A stretch of 63,949 nucleotides of DNA, the filler included, from Octopus bimaculoides (lineage: Eukaryota): the NCBI RefSeq assembly GCF_001194135.2. It is 9 parts of 9 records of this genome, joined end to end, with 100 filler letters (N's around TTAATTAATTAA, not from the genome) between each part and the next. Parts side by side here need not be neighbours in the genome. Positions count along the whole stretch, not along the records: positions 36,517 to 44,026 come from NC_068987.1; positions 44,127 to 52,036 come from NC_068988.1; 7 more parts are not named here. The stretch is one strand, 5' to 3'. Shown piece after piece: positions 38,718 to 51,693 of this stretch (the first letter of the stretch is position 1; each line of letters begins with the position of its first letter). Below the pieces are notes generated by a model, which was not told the DNA's origin, made no database searches, and worked only from the letters and a program-made list of their open reading frames with translations. A program made the position numbers and the translations under genes.

Positions 38718-39546
38718 NNNNNNNNNNNNNNNNNNNNNNNNNNNNNNNNNNNNNNNNNNNNNNNNNNNNNNNNNNNNNNNNNNNNNNNNNNNNNNNNNNN
38801 NNNNNNNNNNNNNNNNNNNNNNNNNNNNNNNNNNNNNNNNNNNNNNNNNNNNNNNNNNNNNNNNNNNNNNNNNNNNNNNNNNNNNNNNNNNNNNNNNNNN
38901 NNNNNNNNNNNNNNNNNNNNNNNNNNNNNNNNNNNNNNNNNNNNNNNNNNNNNNNNNNNNNNNNNNNNNNNNNNNNNNNNNNNNNNNNNNNNNNNNNNNN
39001 NNNNNNNNNNNNNNNNNNNNNNNNNNNNNNNNNNNNNNNNNNNNNNNNNNNNNNNNNNNNNNNNNNNNNNNNNNNNNNNNNNNNNNNNNNNNNNNNNNNN
39101 NNNNNNNNNNNNNNNNNNNNNNNNNNNNNNNNNNNNNNNNNNNNNNNNNNNNNNNNNNNNNNNNNNNNNNNNNNNNNNNNNNNNNNNNNNNNNNNNNNNN
39201 NNNNNNNNNNNNNNNNNNNNNNNNNNNNNNNNNNNNNNNNNNNNNNNNNNNNNNNNNNNNNNNNNNNNNNNNNNNNNNNNNNNNNNNNNNNNNNNNNNNN
39301 NNNNNNNNNNNNNNNNNNNNNNNNNNNNNNNNNNNNNNNNNNNNNNNNNNNNNNNNNNNNNNNNNNNNNNNNNNNNNNNNNNNNNNNNNNNNNNNNNNNN
39401 NNNNNNNNNNNNNNNNNNNNNNNNNNNNNNNNNNNNNNNNNNNNNNNNNNNNNNNNNNNNNNNNNNNNNNNNNNNNNNNNNNNNNNNNNNNNNNNNNNNN
39501 NNNNNNNNNNNNNNNNNNNNNNNNNNNNNNNNNNNNNNNNNNNNNN

Positions 39547-39593
<47 letters not shown>

Positions 39594-39659
39594 GTATATA
39601 TGTAAATATATGTGTACAATATTTAATAGATACATACGTGCTTACATACCTTACATACG

Positions 39660-39705
<46 letters not shown>

Positions 39706-40099
39706 GAGAGAGAGATACACACTATATATATAAATATATATATATAGGATGAGAGAGATAAAAAGATAGATAGATTGATAGGCTGATAGATAGAAAGGTA
39801 GAAAGATAGACTGATAGACAGATAGATAGATAAATATATGCTATGTGTGTACGAGTGTGTGTCGGTGTGTGTTTGTATGTACGTGTGATAACTAATCACA
39901 CATGTATCCCAGAAAGTACATCTTTATTCGCCCAATCGAGCCATTTATTTACTGAAAGTTCTGAAAAGTAATTGTGTGTTGCTATGACCAATGTCTATAT
40001 AAAATAAATGAACAGAAAGAGGGAATCTCGAATATATGTATACTTGCATAACGAGACGCTGTATAGGCGCAGGAGAGGCTATAGACGTAGGAGTAGCCA

Positions 40100-40480
40100 G
40101 AGGCGCAGGATTGGCTGTATGGTAAATAGATTGCTTACTAACTACATGGTTCCGGGTTCAGTCCCACTGTGTGGCACCTTGGGCAAGTGTCTTCTACTAT
40201 AGCCTCGGGCCGACCAAAGCCTTGTGAGTGGATTTGGTAGATGGAAACTGAAAGAAGCCCGTCGTACATATATATTTGTGTGTGTATGTGTGTGTGTGTG
40301 TGTGTTTGTCCCCCACCACAAGATCGCTTTACAATCAATACGGGTGCGTTCGCGTCCCCGTAACTTAGCAGTTCGGTAAAAGTTAACGATATAATTAGTA
40401 CTAAGCTTACAAAGAATGAGTCCTGGGGTCGATTTGCTCGACTAAAGGCGGTGCTCCAGCATGACAGCAGTCAAAATGAC
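40100..40480 (+). mobile_element. SINE family A, full length
   Basis: Head, B box gggttcagtccc, body ccttgggcaagtg, internal TG repeat, tail. Confidence 0.92.
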
Positions 40481-40759
40481 NNNNNNNNNNATGGAAACTG
40501 AAAGAAGCCCGTCGTACATATATATTTGTGTGTGTATGTGTGTGTGTGTGTGTGTTTGTCCCCCACCACAAGATCGCTTTACAATCAATACGGGTGCGTT
40601 CGCGTCCCCGTAACTTAGCAGTTCGGTAAAAGTTAACGATATAATTAGTACTAAGCTTACAAAGAATGAGTCCTGGGGTCGATTTGCTCGACTAAAGGCG
40701 GTGCTCCAGCATGACAGCAGTCAAAATGACTGAAACAAGTAAAAGAATAAAAGAATATA

Positions 40760-41667
40760 CAGGGGCTGGACAAAATAATGGAAACACCTAGCATCATAGC
40801 ATCATAAGTTTGAAATATCTATAAAACCGTCGGAATTTTATACGAATTGTTAGAAAGGATCACAAAAGTACAACTCCCAAAATTACTGCAGAGCTTGTTG
40901 ACCACCCCGAGAACCTAGTCTCCACAAAAACTGTTCGCCGGGAGCTGTACAAAGCCGGATTTCACGGAAGGGCTGCAATCAGAAAACCACTACTTTCAAA
41001 AACAAACGTTGCATAGAATTGGTCCTTAGAGCAGTGGAAGAATGTTATTTTCTCGGACGAATCATCCTTTACCTTATTTCCGACCACCGGCCGAGTATAC
41101 GTGTGGAGACAGCCAAAAGAAGCATTTGACCCAGACTACCTTCTTCCATCTGTTAAACATGGATGAGGATCTGTGATGATCTGTGTGGGGTGCTATATTT
41201 TGGAAATTCACTGGCCCAATGGTTTCCCTTCATGTCAGAATTAATAGCCAAGACTATTTAAGCATTTTATTTGATCAAATTCATCCTATCGTTGCGGAAC
41301 TGTTTCCGGAGGGAAACGCAATCTTTCAGAATGATAATGCACCAATTCACACAGCTAAAGTTGTTACTGAATGGCACAAGGAACATTCTAGCGAAGTTGA
41401 ACATCTTAACCTGCCACCACATACCTCAGATCTCAATATTTTAGAAAAACAAGTAAGGAGTCGATATCTTCCATCATCATCACTACAAGAACTAGAGACT
41501 GTTTTAGCTGAAGAATGGACAAAAATTGCTTTGGAAACAATTCAAACTTTGTACGAGTCCATACCTCGCAGAATTCAAGCTGTAATTACTGCCAAAGGTT
41601 GTCCTAGCCCATATTAAAATAAATTTGTTTGAAATTTTAATGCTTTCATTATTTTGTCCAACCCCTG
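40760..41667 (+). mobile_element. Internally deleted Tc1-family DNA transposon
   Basis: TIRs caggggctggacaaaataatggaaaca / caggggttggacaaaataatgaaagca (rc), TA on both sides. Transposase remnants VIFSDES, GSVMIWG-like and FQNDNAPIH are present; the third catalytic residue region (SDLN[PIE]) and the N-terminus are deleted, with stops. Confidence 0.95.
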
Positions 41668-41690
41668 TATACATACATACATACATACAT

Positions 41691-41743
<53 letters not shown>

Positions 41744-41847
41744 ACTTAAAAATAGGATAAAATCTTTATAAGTATTTATCAAGTAGTTAGCGTGAAAAAC
41801 CTCATAAGGAACATATTTATTAATTATTCTCATTAAATATATTTAAT

Positions 41848-42383
41848 TATATTAAGGGCATCTCTATACATAAATGCCTCACGCTAGGAGGGACTCTTAA
41901 AGTCAAAACTACCATATTAAACACATTGTACCAAACGCGAGGGAATGCAACTCACGAAGCGAGCCTTTTAAAAACAGATTCAGCCACAGATCATATGATT
42001 TCATAATTAGTGCACAAAATGCACTTTTTAATCTTCAATGCAGGCATAATCAAGACACATAAAAATGAACAAAATCCTGACTCTTACGTAGATATATAAG
42101 TGTGAACAATTCTCTGTACTATGCTGGATACATTTGGTGTTCGTCTGGTATGTTGATTTTTTGTTCATTTTTATGTCTTGGTTATGCCTGCACTGAAGAT
42201 TAAAAAGTGCATTTTGTGCACTAATTATGAAATCATATGATCTGCGGCTGAATATGTTTTCAAAAGGCTCGCTTCGAGAGTTGCATTCCCTCGCGTTCGG
42301 TACAATGTGTTTATTATGGTAGTTTTAACTTTAAGAGTCCCTCCTAGCGTGATGCATTTATGTATAGTAATGCGCTTAATATA
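41848..42383. mobile_element. Foldback element / MITE with ~226-bp inverted arms
   Basis: 41848-42074 is the reverse complement of 42159-42383 (roughly 90% by eye), 84-bp spacer, TA-rich flanks. Confidence 0.9.
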
Positions 42384-42422
<39 letters not shown>

Positions 42423-43027
42423 NNNNNNNNNNNNNNNNNNNNNNNNNNNNNNNNNNNNNNNNNNNNNNNNNNNNNNNNNNNNNNNNNNNNNNNNNNNNNN
42501 NNNNNNNNNNNNNNNNNNNNNNNNNNNNNNNNNNNNNNNNNNNNNNNNNNNNNNNNNNNNNNNNNNNNNNNNNNNNNNNNNNNNNNNNNNNNNNNNNNNN
42601 NNNNNNNNNNNNNNNNNNNNNNNNNNNNNNNNNNNNNNNNNNNNNNNNNNNNNNNNNNNNNNNNNNNNNNNNNNNNNNNNNNNNNNNNNNNNNNNNNNNN
42701 NNNNNNNNNNNNNNNNNNNNNNNNNNNNNNNNNNNNNNNNNNNNNNNNNNNNNNNNNNNNNNNNNNNNNNNNNNNNNNNNNNNNNNNNNNNNNNNNNNNN
42801 NNNNNNNNNNNNNNNNNNNNNNNNNNNNNNNNNNNNNNNNNNNNNNNNNNNNNNNNNNNNNNNNNNNNNNNNNNNNNNNNNNNNNNNNNNNNNNNNNNNN
42901 NNNNNNNNNNNNNNNNNNNNNNNNNNNNNNNNNNNNNNNNNNNNNNNNNNNNNNNNNNNNNNNNNNNNNNNNNNNNNNNNNNNNNNNNNNNNNNNNNNNN
43001 NNNNNNNNNNNNNNNNNNNNNNNNNNN

Positions 43028-43094
<67 letters not shown>

Positions 43095-43224
43095 GGAATC
43101 AATACATAGCTGTCACACTTTATTAAATGAAAAAATGATATACCATCTCTGCTTTTCATGTCGAATTCTACACCAGATCATGTTTATTTACCGTATAACG
43201 TGCACCCTTTATATTTCAAATTTT

Positions 43225-43680
43225 AGCACAAAACCAGCAAATTCGGGGAGCTGGTAAGTCTATTACAACGACTCCAGTAATCAACTGGTACTTATTTTAT
43301 CGTCCCCGAAAAGATGAAAGGCAAAGTCGCCTTGGGCAGAATTTGATCTCAGAACGTTAAGACGTAATATATATGTGTATGTATATGTGTGTATATATAT
43401 ATATGTTTGCATACTCACATGTCCTTTTCTACATTGATATTAATGTTCTATAGTGTTTTTTAGAAACAAAAAATAAAAGGTGGCGAACCAGCAGAATCGT
43501 TAGCATGCCGGATAAGATGCTAAGCAACATTTTATCCGTCTCTATGTTCTAAGTACAAATTCTGTCGAGGTTAGCTTTGCTTTTCATCCTTTAGAGGTCG
43601 AGCACTGGGGTCGATGTAATCGACTTGGCTCCGTCCCCCAAACTGTTGACTTTGCTCCAAAATTTGAAACCAATATTTTT
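43225..43680. mobile_element. Two SINE family B copies (43225-43365 minus, 43478-43680 plus)
   Basis: Shared B box and ctttgc(c/t)tttcatcc body in opposite orientations. Confidence 0.8.
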
Positions 43681-43994
43681 AGAAACAAATATCGTAGATG
43701 CACATATTTACAATAGAAGCATTAAACGAAACACACACACACATATGTACACATGCATACACTCACACACACATATTAAATCCAGTAAATTAACTAATAT
43801 TTGTTTTCCGTAAAATTAGAATAACCATTACAAAATTCTAATTATAGATTTTTAACTTATATTGCAGCACTGCATCATTTCTGCACGCCTCTGCACATAT
43901 ACTCAAATTTTTCATATGTATACATATATGAACATATATATTTACAAATATTGATATATTTATGCATGCACTTACATTTACACCTACACATGTA

Positions 43995-44026
<32 letters not shown>

Positions 44027-44126
44027 NNNNNNNNNNNNNNNNNNNNNNNNNNNNNNNNNNNNNNNNNNNNTTAATTAATTAANNNNNNNNNNNNNNNNNN
44101 NNNNNNNNNNNNNNNNNNNNNNNNNN

Positions 44127-44352
44127 ACTACAACTTTCTCTCACTCTTACTTCCTGTTTCTGTTGTGCCTGTAATTCAAAGGGTCAGCCTCGTCACACTG
44201 TGTTACGCTGAATATCCCCGAAAACTACGTTAAGGTTACACGTGTCTGTGGAGTGCTCAGCCACTTGCACGTTAATTTCACAAGCAGGCTGTTCCGTTGG
44301 TCGGATCAACTGGAACCTTCGACGTCGTAAGCGACGGAGTGCCAACAACAAC
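44127..44352 (-). mobile_element. Dispersed repeat family D, longest copy
   Basis: Reverse complement of gttggcactccgtcgcttacgacgtcg...gtgagagaaagttg; matches 4900-4994 and 52138-52270. Followed by a headless family A SINE (44360-44670). Confidence 0.85.
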
Positions 44353-44410
44353 AATAGTCACAGATCAGTCAAAGCCTTGCGAGTGGATTTTGTGGAGGGT
44401 GACATAACAA

Positions 44411-44459
<49 letters not shown>

Positions 44460-45774
44460 CGTGTGTGTTTGTAGCCTATCATAGCTTCTAAATAGGCTTT
44501 CGTGTGTTTACGTCCCCGTAACATAGTGGTTCGGTGAAATGAACCGATAGAAAAAGTGCTGGGCTTTAAAACAAATAATAAGTAGTCGGTTGTATTGATT
44601 CGGCAAGAATTCTTCAAAGTATTGCTCCCAGCATTGCTGCAGTCTAATAGCAAATAAACGATAAAATATACTGGTCATAATATATTTAATATATGTAGTT
44701 GGTGCACATAGGCAACTGGATTTTTATTATCACAGCTTTACCACACATATGTATATGAGAGTCTGCCGCATGATTTTCCGTTTAATCAATTTACCGACTC
44801 ACGCTCATATAGTTTCAGAAGCTAGATGAAGGCTAAACTATCTGTGGCAGTAACGTGGCAATAAAACTCCAGTTGGTTATGAGCATTACCGAAACACATC
44901 CGTCTTTCAACATATACATTTTAAAAACAAAGATGCATGTAAATATTTATGCGAGTTGTTAGCATGTTTAGATGGAAGTAAACAGTCTAAATTCATGATG
45001 TTATATATCATATTTTTACTACGGTAACATTTGGAATGATATATAATATGTTTATATAATATTAAAGTTGTATGCTAATGGTGTAGCTAGAACATGACAC
45101 CATATATGAAAGCAGTGTGTAATTATCATGAAATATGCCAATAATCGGATCAGAATTTTGATGTGTTAACCAGCTCATGCCAACATATTTTGCTAAACGT
45201 ACTAACAAGACATGACGATGTCATAGATATTAATGTTGCAGGCGGCGGCGGTTTCGTGTTTATGACCATTTCATGAGCAGTTAAGCAGTGTGGCATTATA
45301 TAAGCCAGAAATATCAATTTACAAATATCAGATTGTTGCGATAGTGTGACTAAAAGTATGAGGAAACATTCATATATAAATATTTAAATACGCATATCTA
45401 TGTGCGTATGAGTTTCTGTGTGCGTGTTTGCATTTGTGTTTCTGCGTGTGTGTCTGTGTGTGTGTCTCTGTTTGTGTGTATCTGTATTTGTCCCCTACAA
45501 CTAATGCTGGTGTGTTTATGTTCCCGTTACTTAGTGGTTGGTCAAAAGTCTACGATAGAATTAGTACCATGCTTAAAATATAAGTTTTGGGGGTTGAATG
45601 TGCGTGTGAATGTGTGTGTGTGTGCGAATATGTGTGTGTGTTTGTGTATGAGAATGCATGTGTGTGTGTGTGATTATCAGGTATAACATACCACAGTAGA
45701 TACTCTCCCTTATTTTAGCGTTAGATGTAAGAAAGTGAACACAACAGAGTACAGTTCCTATTGATATGAAAATG

Positions 45775-45810
<36 letters not shown>

Positions 45811-46304
45811 CCACACACACATACACACACACGCACACACACACACACGTATGTATGTATATCAATATCGATATCAAAATATCCAAATTCATCCAGAACC
45901 AATATAGTTTCACAAAGTGAAGGAAACCTGATCAGCAGGGACGTTGTTCTTCAACCTACTTGACATAGGAACTAAATACACCCTAATAGCATACCCTAAG
46001 GCCTCAGATAACGTGACAGATATCGGATTAATATAATTCCTAGAAACACTGTGTTCTAAAATTGTTAGAATTATCATCGTTGCAATGTTTTTTTTAGCTT
46101 ACTCGATTGTATAAGTTCTCGTGCAAAGCCCGAAATTGTCAAATTTGCTCTTCATTATTCTGCAGGAATATGTATGTATGCATGTATGAATGTACATATG
46201 AATGTATGTATGTATGTATGCATATATGTATGTATGTGTTTGTTTCTATGTATGTGTTTGTGTTTCTGTCTGTGTTTTTCCCCAGTAAAAAACAAGGGCC
46301 CCCT

Positions 46305-46545
46305 TTTAAAACCTAGCCAGGCTCATGGCCCCGGTTTCCCGGTTTCAATGGCGTACGTGCTCCCCAGCTGGCCGGGACGCCAGTCCATCGCAGCGTTACT
46401 CATTTTTGCCAACTGAGTGGACTGGAGCAACGAGAAATGAAGTGTTTTGCTCAAGAACACAACGTGTCGCCGATCTAAGAATCGAAACCACAATCTTACG
46501 ATCATGATGCTGACACCCTAACCACTAAGCCACGCGCCTCCACTT
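46305..46545 (-). mobile_element. SINE family C (tRNA head)
   Basis: rc: tggaggcgcgtggcttagtggttag (A box), ggtttcgattc (B box), cgttgtgttcttgagcaaaacac, ctgcgatggactggcgtcc. Confidence 0.85.
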
Positions 46546-46924
46546 GTTTTTCCCCAGTACCGCTTGCCAACTGAAGTTTGTGTGTTTACGCCCCGGTATT
46601 TTAGCAGTTCGGCAAAAGAGACCGATAGTACTAGGTTTAACAAAAAATAGTACTGGGGTCGATTCGTTCGACTAAAGATTCTTCAAGGCGGCGCCCCTGC
46701 ATGGGCACAGTCTAATCACTGAAGCAAATAAAAGATTGAAGGTGATATAAAGGGACTGTCCCCTATCCCTAAAATGTGCGAAATTAAAAGAAATATTTTT
46801 GACGATCTGATCGTATTATAAATATTTTCGTAAAGCGTCATATAGAAAGAATAAGATGAAAGAAAATCTAGCATAATAACCATTTCAAATAAATTAATAC
46901 ATACATGTCATGTATCACATTAAT

Positions 46925-47310
46925 GGCGCAAGAGTGGCTGTGTGGTAAGTAGCTTGCCCACTAACCACATGGTTCCAGGTTCAATCCCACTGCGTGGCAC
47001 CTTGGGCAAGCGTCTTCTGCTCTAGCCTCGGACCGACCAAAGCCTTGTAAATGGATTTGGTAGACGGAAACTGAAAGAAGCCCGTCGTATATATGTATAT
47101 ATATATGTATGTGTGTGTGCGTGTCTGTGTTTGTCCCCCCAACATCGCTTGACAACCGATGTTGGTGTGTTTACGACCTCGTAACTTAGCTGTTCGGCAA
47201 AAGAGACCGATAGAATAAGTACTTGGCTTACAAAGAATAAGTCCTGGGCTCGCTCTGTTCGACTAAAGGCGGTGCTCCAGCATGGCCGCAGTCAAATGAC
47301 TGGAAATAAA
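46925..47310 (+). mobile_element. SINE family A, full length
   Basis: Complete head, body, microsatellite and tail. Confidence 0.92.
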
Positions 47311-48309
47311 TTCCAGGTTTTTCACTGAAGTCTACCTTACTTTCTGCTTTATAACATTTCAAGTTTTCTTTTCAGATCGTTTTAATCCAAGGCTTTAAGG
47401 CTTCATTTAATTTGTTTGTAATACGTCATATAGAAAGAATAAATGAAAGAAAATTTAGCATAATAACCATTCCAAATGAATTAATACATACATGTCATGT
47501 ATTACACTAATTAGTTGCCTTTTTAAAATGATTGTAGCATGTCTTATTTAATATCTATTTCTCAAATTTTGCTTTGCATTCTCCTATCTTTAATCTAAGC
47601 AGCAATAAACACAAACATTTAAACATACACAACTTATTGTTTGGATTTCCCTTTTAAATTTAGTTAAATGTTTCTGTCAAGAAACGAAATAACAATATTA
47701 GAAATAGTAAATTTGACATGAATTTGTGTTACGTCTAATTGAATATGTGCCATACATTAAGCTTCATTTTAAAGATAAGTTATGTCCAATATGATTCTAA
47801 CATTTTCGCAATATAGTAAAACGTATATAATTTCCATGCAACGATTAGATATTAACTGTTATTAATTTATAGTTTCTTATATTTGAAAAAGAAAATGAAT
47901 AAATGAATAAGAAGGAAAGAAAATCAAGATTCTATTTTTATTCAGATAATTGAATGAAATATATATGTATACATTTTTAATTACGAACATGAGAAATAAT
48001 TATAATTTATCTAATCTCAGTTTTAGATCCATTAGGTACAAGCATTTTAACATAAGGTAATTTTGAATATATGTACAGAGCTCAAAGCAAATGAAATTAT
48101 ATTCAAATAACAGAATAATAACGGTTTCAAATTTTGGCATAGGGCCTGCAATTTTAGTAGGAGGGTGTAAGTCGATTATAATGACTCCAGTATTTGACTG
48201 GAACTAAGTTTAAGGGCAGAATGAAAGGCAAGGCTAACACCAAGGGGTTTTGGACTCTGAGAGAGGTAGAATAATACCTACAAAGCGTTTTGTTCGATTT
48301 TCTAATGAC

Positions 48310-48603
48310 CAGTGCCAGACTGGCCAAGTTACCAGCTTGCCCGATGGTAAGTGAGGCCCTGCGCCATTACAATCCATATATGGGTGCCCATGTTATTATC
48401 TAAGGGGCCTATCCCCTCAAGTTTGAGAATTTTGTATTCAGTCCTGGAAGAATGCATTAATTATTTCATCCCGGCTGTGTTTGTAGACAGTTGAAAAGAA
48501 TACTTTAAAAAAAAAGAAACAAAATTAAATGATGCCATTGTAGTTGCAGGTGGGCCCCTTTAGTCACCTGGTAACCAATATTTTTCGACCCAGTCCACCA
48601 CTG
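48310..48603. mobile_element. hAT-type MITE, 294 bp
   Basis: TIRs cagtgccagactgg / cagtggtggactgg (rc, 11/14); perfect 8-bp TSD ctaatgac at 48302-48309 and 48604-48611. Confidence 0.9.
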
Positions 48604-48628
48604 CTAATGACTATAATAATCTTTTCTA

Positions 48629-48850
48629 CCACAAGGTGGTGTTGAAAAGTTCGTGGCTTTGAGGTTATTCCGAAAGCCCTGGTTGGAAGCCTAACCTTCC
48701 GAGTTCTTTTGCAGGACTTAGAAAAACTGAAAGACTGCTGCAATAAATGCATGAACCTGAGAGGGAAATATGTCGTATAAAATAATAATTAACTGGATCT
48801 CCTGTATTTTCTTTCATACAAAGCCAGGAACTTTTCAGTACTCCATCTTA
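48629..48850 (+). mobile_element. Mariner deletion derivative (~220 bp)
   Basis: TIRs ...tgaaaagttc(g/c)tggcttt at both ends, TA flanks. Keeps the transposase C-terminus GLEKLKDCCNKCMNLRGKYV (family pattern GI.KL..RW.KC....G.Y.E). Confidence 0.85.
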
Positions 48851-49429
48851 TAGCCACAAGGCCTGAAATTTTGGGTGAAGGAGTAGTCAATTACTTCGAC
48901 CCAAGTGCTCAATTGGTACTTATTTTATCCACCCCTAAAAGGATGAAGACAAATTCAACCTCAGCGTAGTTTGAAGTCATAACGTAAAGACAGAGGAAAT
49001 GACCTTAGGCATTTTGTCTGGCGTGCTAATGATTCTACCAGTTTGCCGCCCGTGATTGTAATAATCGTTTCAAATTTAGACGCAAGGCCAGCAATTTCGG
49101 GGAAAGAGCTAAGTCGATTACAACGACCCTAGTACTGAACTTGTACTTTCGTAACTCTCAACTTGTAATTTAGCAACCCTGAGAGTGCGAAAGGCAAAGT
49201 CGACTGCAGTGGAATTTGCGCTCAGAAAGTAAGAAGGGACAAAATGCTACTAAGCATTTTCCCCGTCGTGCTAACTGTTGCTGATAAATGTTCGTGTATT
49301 GCTCTCAGATGTTTGACTCTACTAAGCTGGTTCTTGTCTAGAAGAGAGTTGTGTTGACACCTTTTGGTTTTTCCTTTTGGATTTGCAACAGTTGTTTTTA
49401 CTGATAATCTTTAAATTTATATTTTCTGT

Positions 49430-49960
49430 TGTTATTGTTGTTGTTGTGTTTGTTGCAATTGATATTGATGTGGGTGTGGTACTGGGATCAAGGTGGCTTT
49501 CACTTTTTCTTTTTGCTAAAGGACAAAATGCTCTGGTGGTCTGTACTACCCTAAGCGTAGCACCTCATGCGCCTAGCCATCTAATTAGATCTTCTCTCAC
49601 AAGGTTCAAATGTTCGCCACGTTTTGTCGAGTGGTCAATATCTGCACCGTATCTTTTTTAACCACTTATTGTCGGGGGTGGATTTCCTGCTGATAATTTT
49701 CCCGTGTTCTTTTAGGTTCATACTAAAATATCATTTCAAATATGGTGCTGCATATGTGAAGCTTGCCTTAGTGTATGCTTTTCCATAGACGTCGACAGTA
49801 GTAAATATTCCTCAGGGAGTATAATCTTACTTAGCTATCTTCCATTCCACTGAGATATATGGTTAGCACCGCTCACTTGCTTTCCTAATGTCTCATAGAA
49901 AGTCCTACACCTGCTGCGTGTATTTTCCTGCTTGTGCTGGAGTGATAGTTTTGGCCATTC
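49430..49960 (-). mobile_element. Highly decayed LINE ORF1 with CCHC knuckle
   Basis: CYA*GSTDHQ-(frameshift)-FCPLAK is a CX2CX4HX4C remnant; preceded by LKEHGKIIS; many stops. Confidence 0.45.
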
Positions 49961-50784
49961 CAGTAACAATTATATAAAACTAAATTTTAGAGTTTTTGTT
50001 TAATATTTAATTCTTCTTCTGATGACATCCGGAAGTCCTGTTAGGTAATGTTTTTGTTTTTAAAGTTTAAATTTTGCTTGCATATTAAAAAGCGTTCGTT
50101 CAGCGTTTTAGTTAATGCTGCGGTGTAGTGTCCGTAGTTGCGTTTGTGGGCATGTCACAACGACGATGGTAACAAAAGTATTGTATTTGTTGGTGTTAGA
50201 AGTGATGGAGCTGCTGTTGTTGATAAAGGGTATTTTATCAACTGCCTCGATTCGATGTCAATATTGGTGGTGGTGGTGGCTGTGGTTTTGAATGTGCTGA
50301 TGTTACCGAAAGTCAATTATTGTTAAAAATTGTTTTTTCTACGTTAGGTTTTTGTTATCGTTAATGACTGTTTTCCGTCTATGCTCTCATGATGGCTGTT
50401 TTCGTTGTGGGTATTGTTGTTGATACTGTTATTAGCGGAGGAGGCTAATTGAGGTGTTGTTGTTTAGTATGTTTGTTGCAGTCGAACAGGCTTTTGCTCA
50501 TTTGGCTTCCCTCACTTCTCCAATACTCAAGAATAAACATCAAATCAGGTAGCTCATTCTCACACAAGGGGGGAACATCGGGTACCATTTTCTGATAAAG
50601 CAAAACATATTACTTAAGGCAGTTTCTTAGTTTAAAAAGGTGAACGAAATAAAAGAACCACCAACCACTAGAGATCTAGGTTGTCTCTACAACAAAATGA
50701 ACAGAAATCCGCAAAACAAATCCTGAAAAACTAATTATTTTTCTACACCATGTCTCATCAACTCAGGATGCATACTAATAATCC

Positions 50785-50844
<60 letters not shown>

Positions 50845-50980
50845 TAATAATAATAATCATAATAATAATAACAACAACAACAACAACAACAACAACACAA
50901 TAATATCTTTATTAAGCACTAAGTGATTACAATAGCAGAAACAACAAAACAATAATAAAAATAAAAATAATAATAATAAC

Positions 50981-51054
<74 letters not shown>

Positions 51055-51130
51055 CAAAAACAATGATGATAATAGCAAGAGTAACCACAGTAGCCATGAG
51101 ATAATATTGATGAATATTGATGATAATAGT
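50785..51130. repeat. (TAA)n/(CAA)n microsatellite complex
   Basis: Direct reading. Confidence 0.95.
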
Positions 51131-51490
51131 TACTACTTGTATTTTTAGTTTTCAAGAAAAATTATAAGAAGAAAAATAATGAAATTTCATTCTATTAAAG
51201 AAATGGAAAAAAATTAAATGTTATAAAACTAGGAAAGGCCTTAAGAGAAGAAATAGCGTTGAAAAAAATCTAAAATAATTATCAGCAATCAATGGAGAAA
51301 TTCAGCCATTCTTAATTAATTTTCGCTATTCAATTTATATTCTATCCCAGTTTACGCTATCCATTAGTCAACCGATTTCATATATTTTAAGAATGTATTA
51401 GTTCTAAAGAAAGCCCAGATAATCGGGCGTACTAAATCCAGTTAGGCTTTTCAGGTACAATGTTTCACTTGGATGTTTAGATATTTTTAC

Positions 51491-51563
51491 CTCTCGCGTA
51501 GGTCTCAATTCTATTTCGGGTTCCATTCTTAGAAAATTAAAGAACAAATTCTCATTGAGTCTC
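51491..51563 (-). CDS. Candidate exon RLNENLFFNFLRMEPEIELRPTRE (phase 2-0)
   Basis: Acceptor tttttgtcttcctttattgaacaattcag; moderate donor GAG|GTAAAA; only one open frame. Confidence 0.2.
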
Positions 51564-51653
51564 CTGAATTGTTCAATAAAGGAAGACAAAAACCACCTAT
51601 CTATCTATCTATCTATCTACCTATCTATCGTTCTCTCTCTCTCTTTCTCTCTC

Positions 51654-51693
<40 letters not shown>

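Larger units (their letters stand above)
48115..49280 (-). mobile_element. Three head-to-tail SINE family B copies, interrupted by two DNA-transposon MITEs
   Basis: Family B reverse complements at 48115-48309, 48853-49050 and 49070-49280. Confidence 0.75.

Noticed and set aside
40241-40730. Identical 240-bp tandem duplication around a 10-N gap
   Set aside because: Perfect identity across a tiny gap indicates unmerged contig overlap.
46166-46171. 6-nt exon candidate cag|gaatat|gtatgt
   Set aside because: The donor is supplied by the adjacent (TATG)n microsatellite.
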